The notes: a model not told the origin generated them from the letters alone. A DNA stretch of 61,314 nt, filler included, from Jimgerdemannia flammicorona (GCA_003990765.1; 3 parts of 3 records of this genome joined end to end with filler, not necessarily neighbours in it); one strand, 5' to 3'; shown: positions 1-13,683, numbered from the whole stretch's first letter. Numbers and translations: made by a program.

Positions 1-34
<34 letters not shown>

Positions 35-112
35 GTTTATTTATATAAAAGCATTTACCAAGAATGTCCAAGATGACCTTGCCGCATAGACCACAAGGGG
101 CTAAAAACATAC

Positions 113-3100
113 CTTGGAATTTCTCAATAGAGCCCTGGCTAAACAGAGCAATTGCCTCTGCCCTTGGCTAAAATTGCCGCCACCCTCACTCACGGGGTGA
201 TCCAACGTGGTGAACACGGCGTGGTCGTTACGACTAGCAGCAACGATCGTCTCCTCGCTTTGCGAATCATCTCTCGTGACTGAGGACGCTGAGGACAAGG
301 GGCGGGTCTCTATCAACTGGACACGACGAAGGGAGTCCCAGATATCATTGTCATCATGCTCGTGGAATGGATCAAGGTTTGAACGAACCTAAATGGACAA
401 ACCGAATGACAGTTTTGTTAACGACTGATCCATTTTCATTTCAGGGCGACGGACGAATGGAACACGGGTGAAATAGGTACCGTGCCAGTGAACAGCATAG
501 GGTCTTGTGGAATGATGGTCATTCGGGACCGGAGGTCCTCAACGCCAATCGATGTGATGTCAACACCGTCGATGTGGATGCTGCCTTCGGTGGGCGTGAC
601 GAATCGAAAGAAAGAGATTGCGAGCGTGGATTTACCCGAACCGGTTCTACGATAGGTCGGAAACGTTGGAGGCGAGTTATTACAGACAAACGAACAGCAC
701 AGTCTTTTCTGTATTTAGTAAGAAGCTGAGCATGTAAACCCACCTTCCTACAATCCCGAGCTTTTCTTGAGGTCTGACATCGAACGATATGCCACGGATT
801 ACCCGTTCCAGGTCAGGTGCATATTGGATCACTAGGTCCCTAACTTCAATCCGCCCCGCAGTCGGCCACGCGGCCGGTGGACGATGGTTCTCGATGATTG
901 CCGGTGGTTCTTGCGGCATAACAACGTATTCTTGAACCCGCTCTACGGCGTTGAGGTCCATCTCGACTATATATTCCAATTGCAAAGGGTTACGCGAGCC
1001 AAAAAAAGATAGCTTTGCATATTTCAAACATTCTTTGGTGATTAAAGCAGCCAGAAAAGCACTACAATACCTTGGGTGTACTGGCGCACAATCCAGTTCA
1101 CTTGGAAGACAAACTGTAGCGCATAGGTCAAAGAAAGACCGACCATTCCGGCATCCATTCTGTCGAGGTTCAACAGGATAAAAATTCCAGCCAGAAAGGC
1201 AACACAAGCACCTATTGAATCTGCACGACTGGATCATGAAATCCAGATTAAAAAGAAGAATGTAAGCAACATGGCATTCGACTTCCTAATATTCAAATTT
1301 CGTTCTTAGTAAAGTTAGATTACTCACATAGACAACCAACGATTACACATCCACGTCAAATAGAAAGTTCTGTTATTGTTGTCGATTCGTTTATATATCT
1401 CGGCCATAAAGCGAGATTGCTCGCCGAATGCCCGAATTGTGGCGACACCACTGAAGAGACGCAAAAAGGGTTCCATCAAAATTATGAAACTTCGTCAAAT
1501 GAGAACGGAAAATACAATACGAACACAACTCTTATCACTGCAACCTACATGAGCGTTTCACCAAAGTGAGAGTACAGAGGACTCTTTGTGACTGAATCGA
1601 GACGTTTGAGCTCACGAGAGCATCGAATGTATCGTCTGCCAATATACAAATAGATGAAGACTGAGAAAAAAAATAGATGGCATCGTGAGAGACGTAAGTG
1701 AGCAAGGGCCAAACTGCTGCACACCATGTTCAAGATACACCTTACAAAACCATGTATACATACCAATTGGCATGGCAGCCAACAGAAATTCGGGAGTGAT
1801 AACGCTAATGACCACAAGCACCGCCGACACGGCCAGAATGTACATAAGCAACGAACCACAGCTACTCGACAACCTGGAGTCGATGGTCTCAAAATCCTAC
1901 AACAATTTCGTTGTCATTCAGTATTGCTACTTCGATTTGAAAATCCCACAAGCCCAACAAAACAAGCCTGTGCTTACCTTACTGAAACGATTCATGATTC
2001 TGCCAACAGGGGTCGTATCAAAGAACCGCAACGGAGCGTTGATGACCGCATCAAGCAGCTTTACGTAAAGGATTCTCGAAGCCTTCAGGCTGCCAAAGTA
2101 CTGCACCGACATACGCAGAATTTGAGCAAAGATTGTGGAGAGAGTGATAATGACGTAGACACCAAGATAGTAATCAACATTGATCTCTTTAGGCGTTGAT
2201 GGACCCGTTTCGGATCCATTGTTGCCTGCAAAAGTGGCGAAGCTCCGGAGATTGGATGATACGGTATCGAACGCCGGGAAAACAATTTGATTCATCAACT
2301 TCTCTGCCGGGCCGAGGGGCATGTAGGTATCATGTACTGTAATGGTCGACATCGTAAAATTTTCCGCAGTGGGTACGGAGTAAACCGATGACCAGATCTT
2401 GAGCCACCAGCCTTCGCTCACTACGCCTAGACGAACCACCAGAAACATGAAGAGCACGACCAACCAGAAGAATAGGCCGCCAGAAGCCTTGTAATACATC
2501 CCGTAGATTTGCATCCTTACTTGGCCTTGCTCACGTTTCTCTTCTTGGATCAGAGTGTGCGCCTTTTTATCGACCTTGGCCGGCTCCGCGGCTGCAGCAT
2601 CTTGTGTGTGACCGCTCGTCTCACCACTCTCGTTGTCAATAATGTTCTTGATAATATCCTCAACGACCGGTTCATGACTGCTAGATCCCTTTCCGATTTG
2701 CTGGGCCTTGAACTCGTCCTCATCAATGTTATCACCGTCCGCCAGGACCACGCTCAACAGCAACCTGTCGCTCAAAACTTCCGAAACCTTCTTCTGAAGC
2801 ACAATCTCGCCGCGGTCTACCTTGACAACGAAGTTCGCGCCGGACAAACACAACCTGACATGGTGTGTGACAAGGATCCTCGTCCTCCCCTTCATCAACG
2901 GTCCCATCAAGCACTTCTCGTAGATATGTCTCGCCGTGTGAGAATCCACGGCGCTCAAACAGTCGTCTAACAGCACGTGTCTCGCGCGCGAGTAGACCGC
3001 GCGCGCCAGACTCACGCGCTGCTTTTGACCGCCGGATAGCGTGATGCCCTTCTCGCCGATCTCGGTATTGTCGCCGTCCTCGAAAATCTCCAGATCTCTC

Positions 3101-6100
3101 TCCAGCCCGCAGACGGACAGCACCTGCTTGTACCGCTCGTCCTCGTGAAGCTGACCGAAAAGGATGTTCTCGCGGATCGTTGCGTGCTGGAGCCACGCGG
3201 ATTGGGAGACATAGGCCACACTGTTCGGGATTAGGCCGGTCTGGGGATCTACAAGTTTCGGCGACTCCGAGGTCGCTCGCGGCAGGTAGACCTTGCCCTG
3301 AATCAGATCCATCTCGCCCAGCAGAGCCATCAGCAAAGATGTTTTACCACTGCCAGTGGCGCCGCAGATGAGCGTCATCTCACCCACGGGGAAGGAAACT
3401 TTGAGGTTACGGAGAGCGAAGGAGGTCCCGTCCACGACGAGAGCCGGAACCAATTGATTATTGGTTTTCCTTGCATTCTTCGCGGCATCGGCGGCCTCGA
3501 CGGAGGCAGAGTGCCACTGAAACGTGGCGTCTTTGAATCCAATCTCAACTGCTCTCCCCTCATCATCAAAGCCGTCACGAGCGCTATCAACGAGCTCCCT
3601 TTCCGCCAAAAACTTCTCGATCCTGCGCAGGCTCACTTTGGCGGTGACCAGCTCCATAAGCATCTCGGGAAGGGCGTTGAGCGGCAGACGCAAGCGGTCA
3701 AAGAGGGCGATACTGGTGAAGGCGACGACAGCCGTCAGCTCTCCGTGCTGGAGCTTGACAAAGGAGATAAAGGTGACAACCGTGACGACGATGGGAGAGC
3801 CGAACCAGAGAAGGGTGAAGCAGGCGTTGGTAATGAAGATACTGATTAGGCGTCTGATTTCAAGTTCGCGGGAGGCGAGGATGCGGGCTCGGAAGTTACC
3901 GGACCAGGCGAAGAATTTGATCATACGAATGCCTTGAAGCAGCTACATAGAATAGACGATTATTTATAACGGAATGCATGTGACGAGCCAATACAAAATA
4001 TGAACCGTTTTCAGCAAAACAGGGTCCGTGACTCTATGGCTTCCACACTCCCAGATACACCAACAGAAACAAGAAGCTGCCTCATTCATTCGACTCTCAC
4101 CTCATTCATCAGTGATACCCTCTTGTCTCTAGCGCTCATGAGTTCCTCCTGACACTGATCATATCTCTTCTGCGCGAGCTGGTTCAACGGCATTGTGATG
4201 ATCATGACCGACATCCCGACGAAACAGGACCAGCCTAACAGGGTATACAGGAAGTAGATACCGATGGCGATGGAGACGGGCGAGTTGTAAAGGAAGTAAA
4301 GAAATCCAAATATCCCAGCGATGCGGTGGGTGTCGACGGCCTAGATGGATTGTTGCGAGGAAATGCATCCGTTCATGTTGAGCATGCCTGTCGTTCCTCA
4401 AATAAAAGGACCTCGAAAAGCGGAAATTGCAAATATTCCTACCATCAAATTGGTGATCTTGCCCGTGTCGGCACTGTTCTCGTCCTTTTCGTTATTTTTC
4501 TTATCCTTCTTATCATCCTTTCCTTTCCCATTCGATTCTGCCGTATCCTTCTTCGGATCTTCCGCACCGTCATTTTCGCCCTTCTCCTTCTGTACCATGC
4601 CGGTCATATCCCTCCTCCTCAAGCTCTTTGCGTAGAGCTCGCTATCCAGCATAGCCCTAATCCTAAGCTCGAGCGATCTCGCGTACAAAAACATTTGACT
4701 CGCATACACAGTCCTCCAGAGCGCGACGACCATCATGCCCACAATGTACAAGTAGGCGAGTTCGCGCTGTGTGGGGTCGCGGCGGCGCTCGGGCGATTGC
4801 ATGAAGGCCAGCAGTCTCGATAGGAGGACAGGGTTGGCAAAGTCGAGGAGCATGTAGACGACCGAGAAGTAAGACTGCCGCAGGATATCGGGTCCGTTGG
4901 CGGCGAAGATGCGCCACAAGAGAGACGACTGGTGGCTCGTGCGGAACTTTCGGTACAGGTTGACGGCACGGTCACTTGGGACAAGCTCCCACAGGTCTGT
5001 GGCGGATAGGGTCTTGGTATTGCCGAGGCGAATCATGCCGTCCATCCAGGAGAAGATGAGCCAGGAGAAGACGGAGGCCGTAGATTCGGCGCTGGCGGCG
5101 TGCTCTTCCTGTGATGCGTGGACGTTTCATTATAAAAGAGCCGTGCATATTATATACTATATCTTGAAAAAAAAAAAAATACATACCGAACTAAACCCGA
5201 TACCAGTCTCCCGTGTGACAGCCCAAACTAGCTCTTTAGGTATAGTGAATGAGACAGTCAGAAGCACTAGCACATTGACAAAATTTGCGACGCCGCTCAG
5301 CAGGAACTCGACGGACAAACGATCCTCGGGGGCCGTTTCATGGATCAGGGATCTGAGTTCGACAACGGCAAAGATGGCTATGAGGCCGTAGAAAGTGCGG
5401 AGGAAGGGCTGGATGCTCGCGGACCCGATCTTGTGTCGCAGGGCCAGGAGGGTCAGCAGCGTCGAATAGGACTGGACAGGTTGGATAAGATGAGGTGTTT
5501 AAGTCGGTGTGGGATTTGGAGTGAGCGATGAAGATTCAACGCTATGGCCGCTGATGTGCAGGTCTTTGAGCGCAATCCAGGCCTGTGAACTCCTGCCCAA
5601 TTGTCTCAACGTAAACGCAAAGCCTCCCTGAAGCTTGTACACATGTAAACCCAAGCCATCGGCGTAGTATTTACGCTCTATTTCCCAGCGTTTCAAGCTT
5701 GTGCCCCTACCATCCCTACCCTTTACCGATTGTACTCACCCAAGCAATCAACGAGCCCACCGGACCAACCAATATAGGCCATTCCCGAGTGCCGCCGCCG
5801 TCTTCCTGCGAGCTGCGGGACCTCCAAAAGACCAGTGCGGACCACACGGCGACCTGAGCGGCCGAGAAGACAAAGAGGGCTACGATGCTCCTTGAGATCC
5901 TCCGCTCGACTGTCGGATAGTCTAGTTGTTTTATAGTCTCCTCATAGAAGGGCAGAGAGGTTGTGATGGTTTGCTCCGAGTCTTGTTGCTGGGGGACGGA
6001 TTGGTATGGCGATAGGTGCGAGTGGCGACGGCCGAGGAGGTATGTGAAGAGGGAAGACAAGACGGAGAAGGCGATCACGGCGAGTGGAAAGCCGCTGTAG

Positions 6101-6506
6101 AGGAAGCTGAGGGGTGGAGGGATATAGCCAATTAGAATGATAGCTTACTTTGGCTTTAGACATTTCGTTATGCGATCGATCATTTTTTAGCGATCAGCAG
6201 GACATGCATGACTTTGCATCGGCATTCCTCCCTCGAAACTCTCGCGCCCTCCACAAACAGCGCTTACCACTTACATTTCACGGAAGCAGGGGGTCACATC
6301 ATATGTAGTTCCGTTGTACCAATGCTGTCGAAGAAAAGGCGACAATATTGAGGCACAGACTAGGTTGTTTTGACACCACCAAAGCAACGTTCGGGTGCGA
6401 CACGTGGGGTGACTACGAGTCAGCACGAGGGGTAACAATTGCCCGAGAGTTTCGAAGATAACGTTACCTCACAGAATGGATGAACTTGCCACTCTTGAAT
6501 CGCCAT
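113..6506 (-). CDS. ABCC/MRP-family ABC transporter (Ybt1/Ycf1-like; TMD0-TMD1-NBD1-TMD2-NBD2), 3'-truncated by the contig end
   Basis: Exons read by hand with GT-AG junctions in frame (minus strand): 6506-6468, 6324-6275, 6106-5740, 5471-5187, 5108-4443, 4340-4101, 3942-1978, 1896-1764, 1660-1549, 1450-1328, 1228-1071, 966-744, 646-481, 388-113. Motifs: TMD0 DVTPCF; NBD1 Walker A GATGSGKT, signature LSGGQKQR, Walker [31 protein letters not shown]2 [30 protein letters not shown]. The NBD2 Walker B exon lies beyond base 1. Confidence 0.95.
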
Positions 6507-8142
6507 TCTTCGTTCTGTTGGCGAGTGTAGGAGGTGTGTGCCGTTATGAGAGATTGCGGAGGCTTATAAACAATTTTGCAGTTACCCGAAATGGCGACAA
6601 CCGATCGGATTTTATGTGTGGTGGTTCAGGTACCACTTACATATCATCTCAACGCGGATACTCGACTACGCGGCCACCCACAATTTGTCATTGTTTTGAA
6701 TAATCATCCGCTTTGGTGCCGAGTTTGCGTCGCGCCCCACGTCAGATGTGGGTAAATACATGACGATGAGTGTATTGTACTGGGGTAGCTAGATAACAAG
6801 GGTTCCATCAAAAAAAAAAAAAAAGCTACCATCGAACGATGCGTTGTAGTTTCTTTGTTGTGTGCTGCGGAATGGCACAAGGAACAATGATTTCCCATGT
6901 TTCACAACCCAATTTCATTCACCGATTGAACTGCGGCCCGTGGCTGTCAACGTATTTTGGTACCGAAATCCCATGCTTATGGTTGATAAAGTGTTGATTC
7001 CAATATCCAATGAATTAATGAATTGCAGGAATGCAACTCGTGAACCGGCACACACTTTTTTTTTTTTCAAGAAGCACACCTGTCGGCAAGCAAGCCGCGA
7101 CGTCCTCCCCCCTTAGCTATTCAAACCTCCCATTCGCGCCTTCCGTTCTGCCCGTCTTGCCCACGAGCAAAGGGAAACCTGTGACGTTGAGATGCCAGTG
7201 TAAGAAAGGGAGAGAAACGGTCGGATAAGGGTGATGCAAGATATTCTGCCAGCAATGCTGGTGGTCAGCGACGAGTGTTGATGAGGGCGATGTGGAGCCA
7301 ACGAGGTGAGCGGAACGCATTCAAAAGAGCAGGAGCTTGAGCCAATCGTAAACGCATATCAAGCCGGACCTTATTCTTGGCATTGGCCATTGTTTCAGTG
7401 TAGGTACTATTCAATATGTGTTTTCACGTTTGTGCAGCCATCGCTGAAGTATCGTAAGGTCACCAACTAAGCAAACATCCGTTCGGCATTGTCCGTACAC
7501 TGCTAACTTCTTTCGCGCTTTAGGATAGTTCTACCATTACGCGGGTAGCTCTCGATCCCTCAGCCACTTCCCAAAGCGATCAGCCGACTTCTACTGGCAG
7601 TGACCTTTGAAGAACAAACTAGTCCAAAAGTCATACTTTCTCCGCACCTGTCATAGATCAAGTATTTTCCTGTATATTCACATAGTCAAACTCTCCATCG
7701 ACATCAATAAATTTCCTACAATCATTGTCATTCCTCCGTTTCTGCTTCTCACATTTACTTGAATTTGTCGCCTTTGTTATTTCTTTAATAAGGAGCCCCG
7801 ACATCGCGTTGACCATGAGGCGGGAGGATAACGGAGCTTGGATGCCTATGAGACGTGTAATCAGGGTCATTGGGTCGTTGGGTTACGCGTCCTGGATCCT
7901 TTCTTAGAGCGATACGGTCCCTCCACGTACGAGGCATAGATCAGTGGGCAACTTCGACTGCGCACTCCATAGCAAGCGTCAAAGGCTAACCAATCGTCTT
8001 CCGTTATTTCTGATGCTCTGGGTAAAGGATGTGGAGATAGTGTTGGGCTTAGCCGAGCTTTCGTTTTTTATGCAGGCCAAGTTATGCCTTTTATTATAGA
8101 CTTGTCACGGACGGTAATAAACTGAAGCGAGGCTTTGTCTTC

Positions 8143-8143
<1 letters not shown>

Positions 8144-8216
<73 letters not shown>

Positions 8217-8230
8217 AAAGGAAAAAAAAA
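8144..8230 (+). repeat. long poly(A) tract
   Basis: About 70 consecutive A, followed by an A-rich tail, in intergenic DNA. Confidence 0.9.
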
Positions 8231-8978
8231 GATATTGTCCAGAAAATACAACACGAGATTTGAGAAATCCTGCGGAAAAAAGTAAGTCGTCCGCAGGAAA
8301 ATGCCGTGTTCGGGAAGAGGTTATAGATGACGGCATTAGATCGTCATCCAGGTGGTCGAGGAGCCAAATCTGGCCGTGCGCGGAGGCTATGACACATTTT
8401 GCTCTTTGGTCTTTGGGTGGTCATTGATCCAACGTGCCACAATAAAATTTTGCTGAACGCGCCATGTCACGCCAACTGCCATAAACACGCGCATTACGGC
8501 CAGGTTTACCGTCGCCGCCATGCTTCAAAGCAGGGTCCGCGGAGGAGTCTCCATGCAGATGCAGGGTGAATGATGTATTGGCTTTTTCATAAATTTGTTA
8601 CTTTGAGTGTGACTGACGGCGGTATAAGTTAGTAAACGAGTTACGGATCGTAGCACCAGCGAAGAGCGAACAAAATCCATGGAGTACGCAATAAAATAAA
8701 GGCTTGCGTAAGTGGCACAGCACAAACACGTGTCGCGGCTAATACGGACTCGGAGCTTATACTTCACATCCCACACCTTATTAGCGACAAGAATTGTCTA
8801 GAGCTATGACGATGGGATGGAAAATTCCCCTGCCCTGAAATGGTCTCGATTTAGCAATATACATGTCATCGCGACGTCGCCTGCCACGAGGACTTCCACA
8901 ACCAGAACCTAGCGTGCCCTTAAAAGAACCACCATTTTCGTCATCGGATCTGAACTTCAAATTTCGCGACTTTACCCC

Positions 8979-9749
8979 ATGTCCACCATCAAAACGCAAA
9001 ATGCAGTGACAAGCGACGTGTGGCTGGTCAACCAGCACGCAATCGAAGAGGAACGCGAAACTCACCATAACACAACCACCTCGCCAGAACTAAAAACCTC
9101 CGCACTCCCCATCGAAAAACACAAATTGGCCAACCAACCCTCGCCAACCGACGCCCTTATCGTCTCCGGATCTCATTCCCCCGAGCGTGAGGGCCTGTTC
9201 ACGACCCTCAAGCGCAAGGTCCGCAAGGTTACCAGCTTTTTGGACAGCGACGGCGAGATCACCGTCTACCGTAATCCGCCGCCCGAGCCCGCCGCGACCG
9301 TCCCCGTCCCCGTCACTTACGCCACCACCCCTTCTCCCACTATTGTGCCGAACCCAACCATGGGCGTCGTTTACCCGCAGTCGGCCGTCTACGGGCAACC
9401 AGGTGTCGTATACGCGCAGCCAGGGATGGTCTACGGGCAGTCGATGGGTACCACGTACGTCTACCCGACGGGGATTGGGAGCGGTTATTACGGCGCTGGC
9501 GCGTATTACGGCGCTGGGGGGTATTATGGGGTTGGTGGGTATAACGGGATCGGCGGTTATTACGGGGCTGGTGGGTATTTGATGCAGCCCCAGTACAACT
9601 CGACCACTGCACCGTTGGCCATCTACGGTGGATACGGGGTAAACGCGGGAGCGATACCAATCGGACTGCATGCGGACGGGACGAAGAAGTATCCCACCAC
9701 GCAGTATGTTAGCCTGTTGAGCGACCAGTGGCAGAGCGATATTTTATAA
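8979..9749 (+). CDS. Hypothetical low-complexity Pro/Gly/Tyr-rich protein; the 3' end may be spliced
   Basis: 256-codon ATG ORF with GC-rich codon usage like the ABC gene. Contains VY(P/G/A)Q repeats and five G-Y-Y/N-G-x-G-type hexapeptides. Possible donor GTATGT near 9704. Confidence 0.7.
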   Translation: MSTIKTQNAVTSDVWLVNQHAIEEERETHHNTTTSPELKTSALPIEKHKLANQPSPTDALIVSGSHSPEREGLFTTLKRKVRKVTSFLDSDGEITVYRNPPPEPAATVPVPVTYATTPSPTIVPNPTMGVVYPQSAVYGQPGVVYAQPGMVYGQSMGTTYVYPTGIGSGYYGAGAYYGAGGYYGVGGYNGIGGYYGAGGYLMQPQYNSTTAPLAIYGGYGVNAGAIPIGLHADGTKKYPTTQYVSLLSDQWQSDIL

Positions 9750-10424
9750 TTATTGTGGCCTCGATGTAGTTTTTTTTTTAATCGGTTCCAAAGACAATCG
9801 TCGGTTCTCATCAACAATATGAGCTGGCGAAAGAAGCCCGTTGTAAAAATATGTCAGAATATATGTAAATATTTCAATGTCGAAAATCTGCACTTCGCGC
9901 ACCAACAAAGTTTCCGAAGGTGCCCGTCACGTGAAATTCGGGATCTACTTTGCTACCTGGTTTGCCAAAGGCGCCATGCCATCCACCTAGCTAGGTGCAT
10001 TAATAATGGTAAGAAAAGGAACAAGGCGCTATGACGTCATTGGAATTTAGTATACATAGGCCCTCCGTCCCAACTTCCAGTTCGTCATTCTGGGACGCGA
10101 TTCGTACCTCTCTAGTCTATAGAATTGTCTTTCACTTATTTCAGAAGCTGTCAGAAAATAGTAATAATATCATGTCTTTTGAGCACTATTATGATTTGTT
10201 AGTTACTAATAGCAATTGAGATTGAACTTGGTCAACTTTGCATATCGCTTCAAAAACTCGGCCAGAATGCTCGTTGCTCTATCATCGATGCTTTTTATCT
10301 ACACAGGGCATATACTTGCTTGAAATAGCCACAGTGGACAACTAGTACAGTTCTAACATACTTTCGAGATTCAAGGTCGCGCTCTGCTTATGAGGCTTTG
10401 ATATGGCGTGAACCCCTTTGTCGA

Positions 10425-10462
<38 letters not shown>

Positions 10463-11548
10463 CATACGTGCACAAATCATGGTCTGATCAGGGGGTAATA
10501 CAAGCGTCGAGTGAGCCAAAGCCAAGAACTAATCCAAAGGCGCGGTGGCCCATTTCTTATTCGGTCTCCCATTTTTCAGTGCCATCAATACTAACCTAGT
10601 CTTAGGAATCAAATAATAAAAAGAACAAGGGCTTGCCAATTAGCAAATGAGCTGTCAATATAATATACATCTTTACAGCTCGATTCGACTGAAGTTGTTT
10701 TCGAAACTGACGCTGGTAGTATTGGATTTTTGTGGCGAGAGCAGCGCCGGTGTGATGACAAGGTGCGACCTTCATGCGGATTACAGATTTTGGAGCATGT
10801 ATCCATGACAACTAAAATGTTAAGTGAAATCACCAGCCATGGCAATTGATGCGTTTAATCGGTCCTTTGGGAGATGTGGGAGTTGTCTTCAAGCGGAAGT
10901 TCTGGATGTCGACACAGTAATTACTAGCGCTGCAGCAACGATTGTTGTTCAGACCCTTGAAATTGGGGGAGGGAGGATAGTAATTCGATACGCTGTTGTT
11001 TATTCCAAGGATTTATACCAATCGTCCATGTGAGGCTGAGACGATGGCTTGAAAATAAATTGCCGTATCCAATGTAATTGAAGCAGTTTGGAGATGGCTT
11101 CGAGACCTATTGCGTTTTCTGAAAACCATATTATTTCTGCTTTGCTTGGGTATCAGTTCGGCATTTGGCGAGCCAATTACAAATTCCAGTTTCTTGCAAA
11201 TTTGGCCAACAAGCAAGATATAAAAACGAACATACCATTCCAAAAGGGTGATACAGGATGGAATATATTAGCAAGGACGATAAGCGGAAGACAGCATAGA
11301 GTAGTTGCCGTGACATTAAAAAGTTCAAGTCTCACTACAAAGTGGGGAATTAGAGGTACGACATCGCAAAGTAAATCGAATCCGTGTTATAAATTACAGA
11401 GTAAAAGAGTCAATGAAACGGTCATCAGAAAGATGGCTGCCCAAAAAGCGGCGGCGGGCCTCGTGACGGAACCACGGGAGATGGGGTTCACAACTCGACT
11501 TAAAGTGGGTAGTGGGTATAATAGGTGTAATAAACGGAGATAGCCTGC

Positions 11549-11962
11549 TCAAACGTGGCATATATAATCTAAACCGCAGTAAGTTCCAGATTGACAGCAG
11601 CCGCCTGCACAAGCAGGACCGCCGGACAGACAATTTATTTTCTGACATGATCCAGGAACACAGACGTAGCCAAGAGGGCAGCAACCGGCTCCGTCTTGGC
11701 AAGGAAAAGAGTCTGCGATGCAGTTGCTTGCAGTGTAACATTTAGCACCATGGGAGCACTGAATAGAAGCGGCGAGGGGTGTGTATGGGGGTGTGTGGCC
11801 GCGTTTGGAGAGGGCTTATAATAATAAGCTTAGACAATTTGTCAAATAACCGCTCGATTACAAAAGAAGAAGGAAAGGCGACGGCTTTAGACTCAACATA
11901 CGATAGTTCCAATAGAGCAACAACCATTTCCATCAGCACAAGCATAGTAATCGATCAGGCAG
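11549..11962 (-). CDS. Spliced cysteine-rich repeat protein (partial model, possibly a pseudogene)
   Basis: Exons 11962-11902 and 11758-11549 join in frame through a GTATGT...CAG intron to give CLIDYYACADGNGCCSIGTI|CSHGAKCYTASNCIADSFPCQDGAGCCPLGYVCVPGSCQKINCLSGGPACAGGCCQSGTYCGLDYICHV*. The first exon is unresolved, probably within 12000-12200. Confidence 0.7.
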
Positions 11963-12486
11963 CTGGCGACGTTAAGGAGTGCAACCTCCAAGCTGACATT
12001 TGAGAGAAAAAGACTTCGTTTGAAGGTGGGTATTGGGACTCTGGCGGCGGTTTGCAGTCGCTGCGGTCAAAAGGGGGCGACGAAGTGAAGGAGAGCGCAA
12101 AGGACTGTCAAATAGGAGATACGGGGCATGAGAAAAACTGATTGATGAAATGAATGCTGGCAATAACGAATTCATTTTATAGGGATTTGCTGTTTGGCTA
12201 CGCAATGGAGGAGTGTATTCCGGAAGAATTCAAAGAAGACGTGCGATGAGCATGTAGCATGAACGGAAAAGGCCGGACTAGAAACACACATGAATGTTAG
12301 TCGTGTATAGCGTTCTGGGTCGTATAATTAACGGGATTTTCATCTGGTATTTATATCATGTGGCATTATGAATGGCTTGCCATCAAGCCGATGGCAAAGG
12401 GAGAGGTCGTAATGTTTTCTCTATTTTGCAAGGCTAATGCCTTGTTGTAATTTAAAAAGTTTGTGATGTTTACAGGAATATTACAG

Positions 12487-12661
12487 TGGCGATTGCTACA
12501 GAGCATCGACTTGCTACACGAAATACAGCTATACTACCTATTGTCTGAAATGATGACTTTGAAGTCAAACGCGGCCTGATTTTCATTTTCATTTTCATTT
12601 TTTTTTTTTTTGTCATTTCCTTTGGCTGTTCGACCTTTTTGATAAATCTGGATGGCGGCGA
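12487..12661 (+). repeat. dispersed repeat, copy 1 (copy 2 at 16789-16911)
   Basis: TGGCGATTGCTAC...CTACCTATTGTCTGAAATGATGACTTTGAAGTC...GCGGCC...GATAAATCTGGATGGCGGCGA matches the second copy with substitutions and an insertion. Confidence 0.75.
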
Positions 12662-13683
12662 GCGGTAGCGCTTTACGCAATCCGAGAGAAACATATGTCC
12701 AAATAAGATTCATTTTTTATTTTATTTTTTATTTTTATTTTCCATCACACACTAGAGCTTGAGTTAGCTGTTTCTAAACTGTTACATTTCTGGTATCTCT
12801 ATAGGTCAAGCACCAAATCACAACTTGTCAATCTCACATCAAGGAAATATTTATAGAGCGGTTCGATCACATGTTCAGCGATGTAGAATTTCCTACCAAG
12901 CTTACCTCCAGCGATCTAGCAAGAGCATGCCAGGCATCAGTTCAACACCTTGCGAAAAAAAAAATTCTTTACTTACGTGACCCAACTACCAGCAAACTCA
13001 TTCAAGCCTTTCACAGGCAAATGCATCCAACGCTCACTTTATTATTTGATCCTAAAGCGCAACCCTCTATTTGCAAATGTTCTCGACTCCAACAGACACA
13101 TCATGCTGAACACCCTCGCTGTTTGCACTTTTGCAAGTATCTTTAATATTCTGTTTTTATTTTTGTTTTTTCAGTTTGGAATGGCTTGCAAGAACTATTC
13201 AGTATTTCATCCATTTATACTAGCTGGAATTTGTCATGAGGCCAGAACAGTTTCCCTTCACCTTCAGTGAAAAGATGCACAAACCAATGTACACGAAGTG
13301 GGTCAGCATCGTTAAGAAAATGGAGGCGCACATTGACTTGTTGACCATAGAGAAAGATGCAAGTATAATTGGGTTGGAGAGAGCTGTGGATGAAGAAGAG
13401 TATGGCATTATTACTCCAGGCTTGCCATTGACCCTTGTGGACTCAGATTATGAGCTCGACGGATCTTTCGCGCTTCGTAAACCCAACGCAATTTATATGG
13501 CTGTTCCCCACACAATTCTTTTTATGTATATACTTTTCATGCAGTCCGAACATTCTTTCTGTCCTTCCGGCACTATTCTGAATAATCTAATAAAGTAATA
13601 CATTTGCGAAGTACGCGTACCGGTTCATTGGAAAATGCAGTTCTGATCCGGAAGTGTCCTTGTGCTGGTTCGCGCTGTCCTGG

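Noticed and set aside
2509..3937. Overlapping ORFs within the large ABC exon
   Set aside because: They are alternative-frame artefacts of GC-rich coding sequence.
11088..11745. ORF-track calls 11088-11543(+), 11394-11741(-) and 11512-11745(+)
   Set aside because: They are better explained as off-frame or antisense readings of the spliced cysteine-rich gene.
12871..13598. Possible gene fragment (…HIDLLTIEKDASIIGLERAVDEEEYG…)
   Set aside because: It looks protein-like, but I could not build a consistent exon model or recognise a family.
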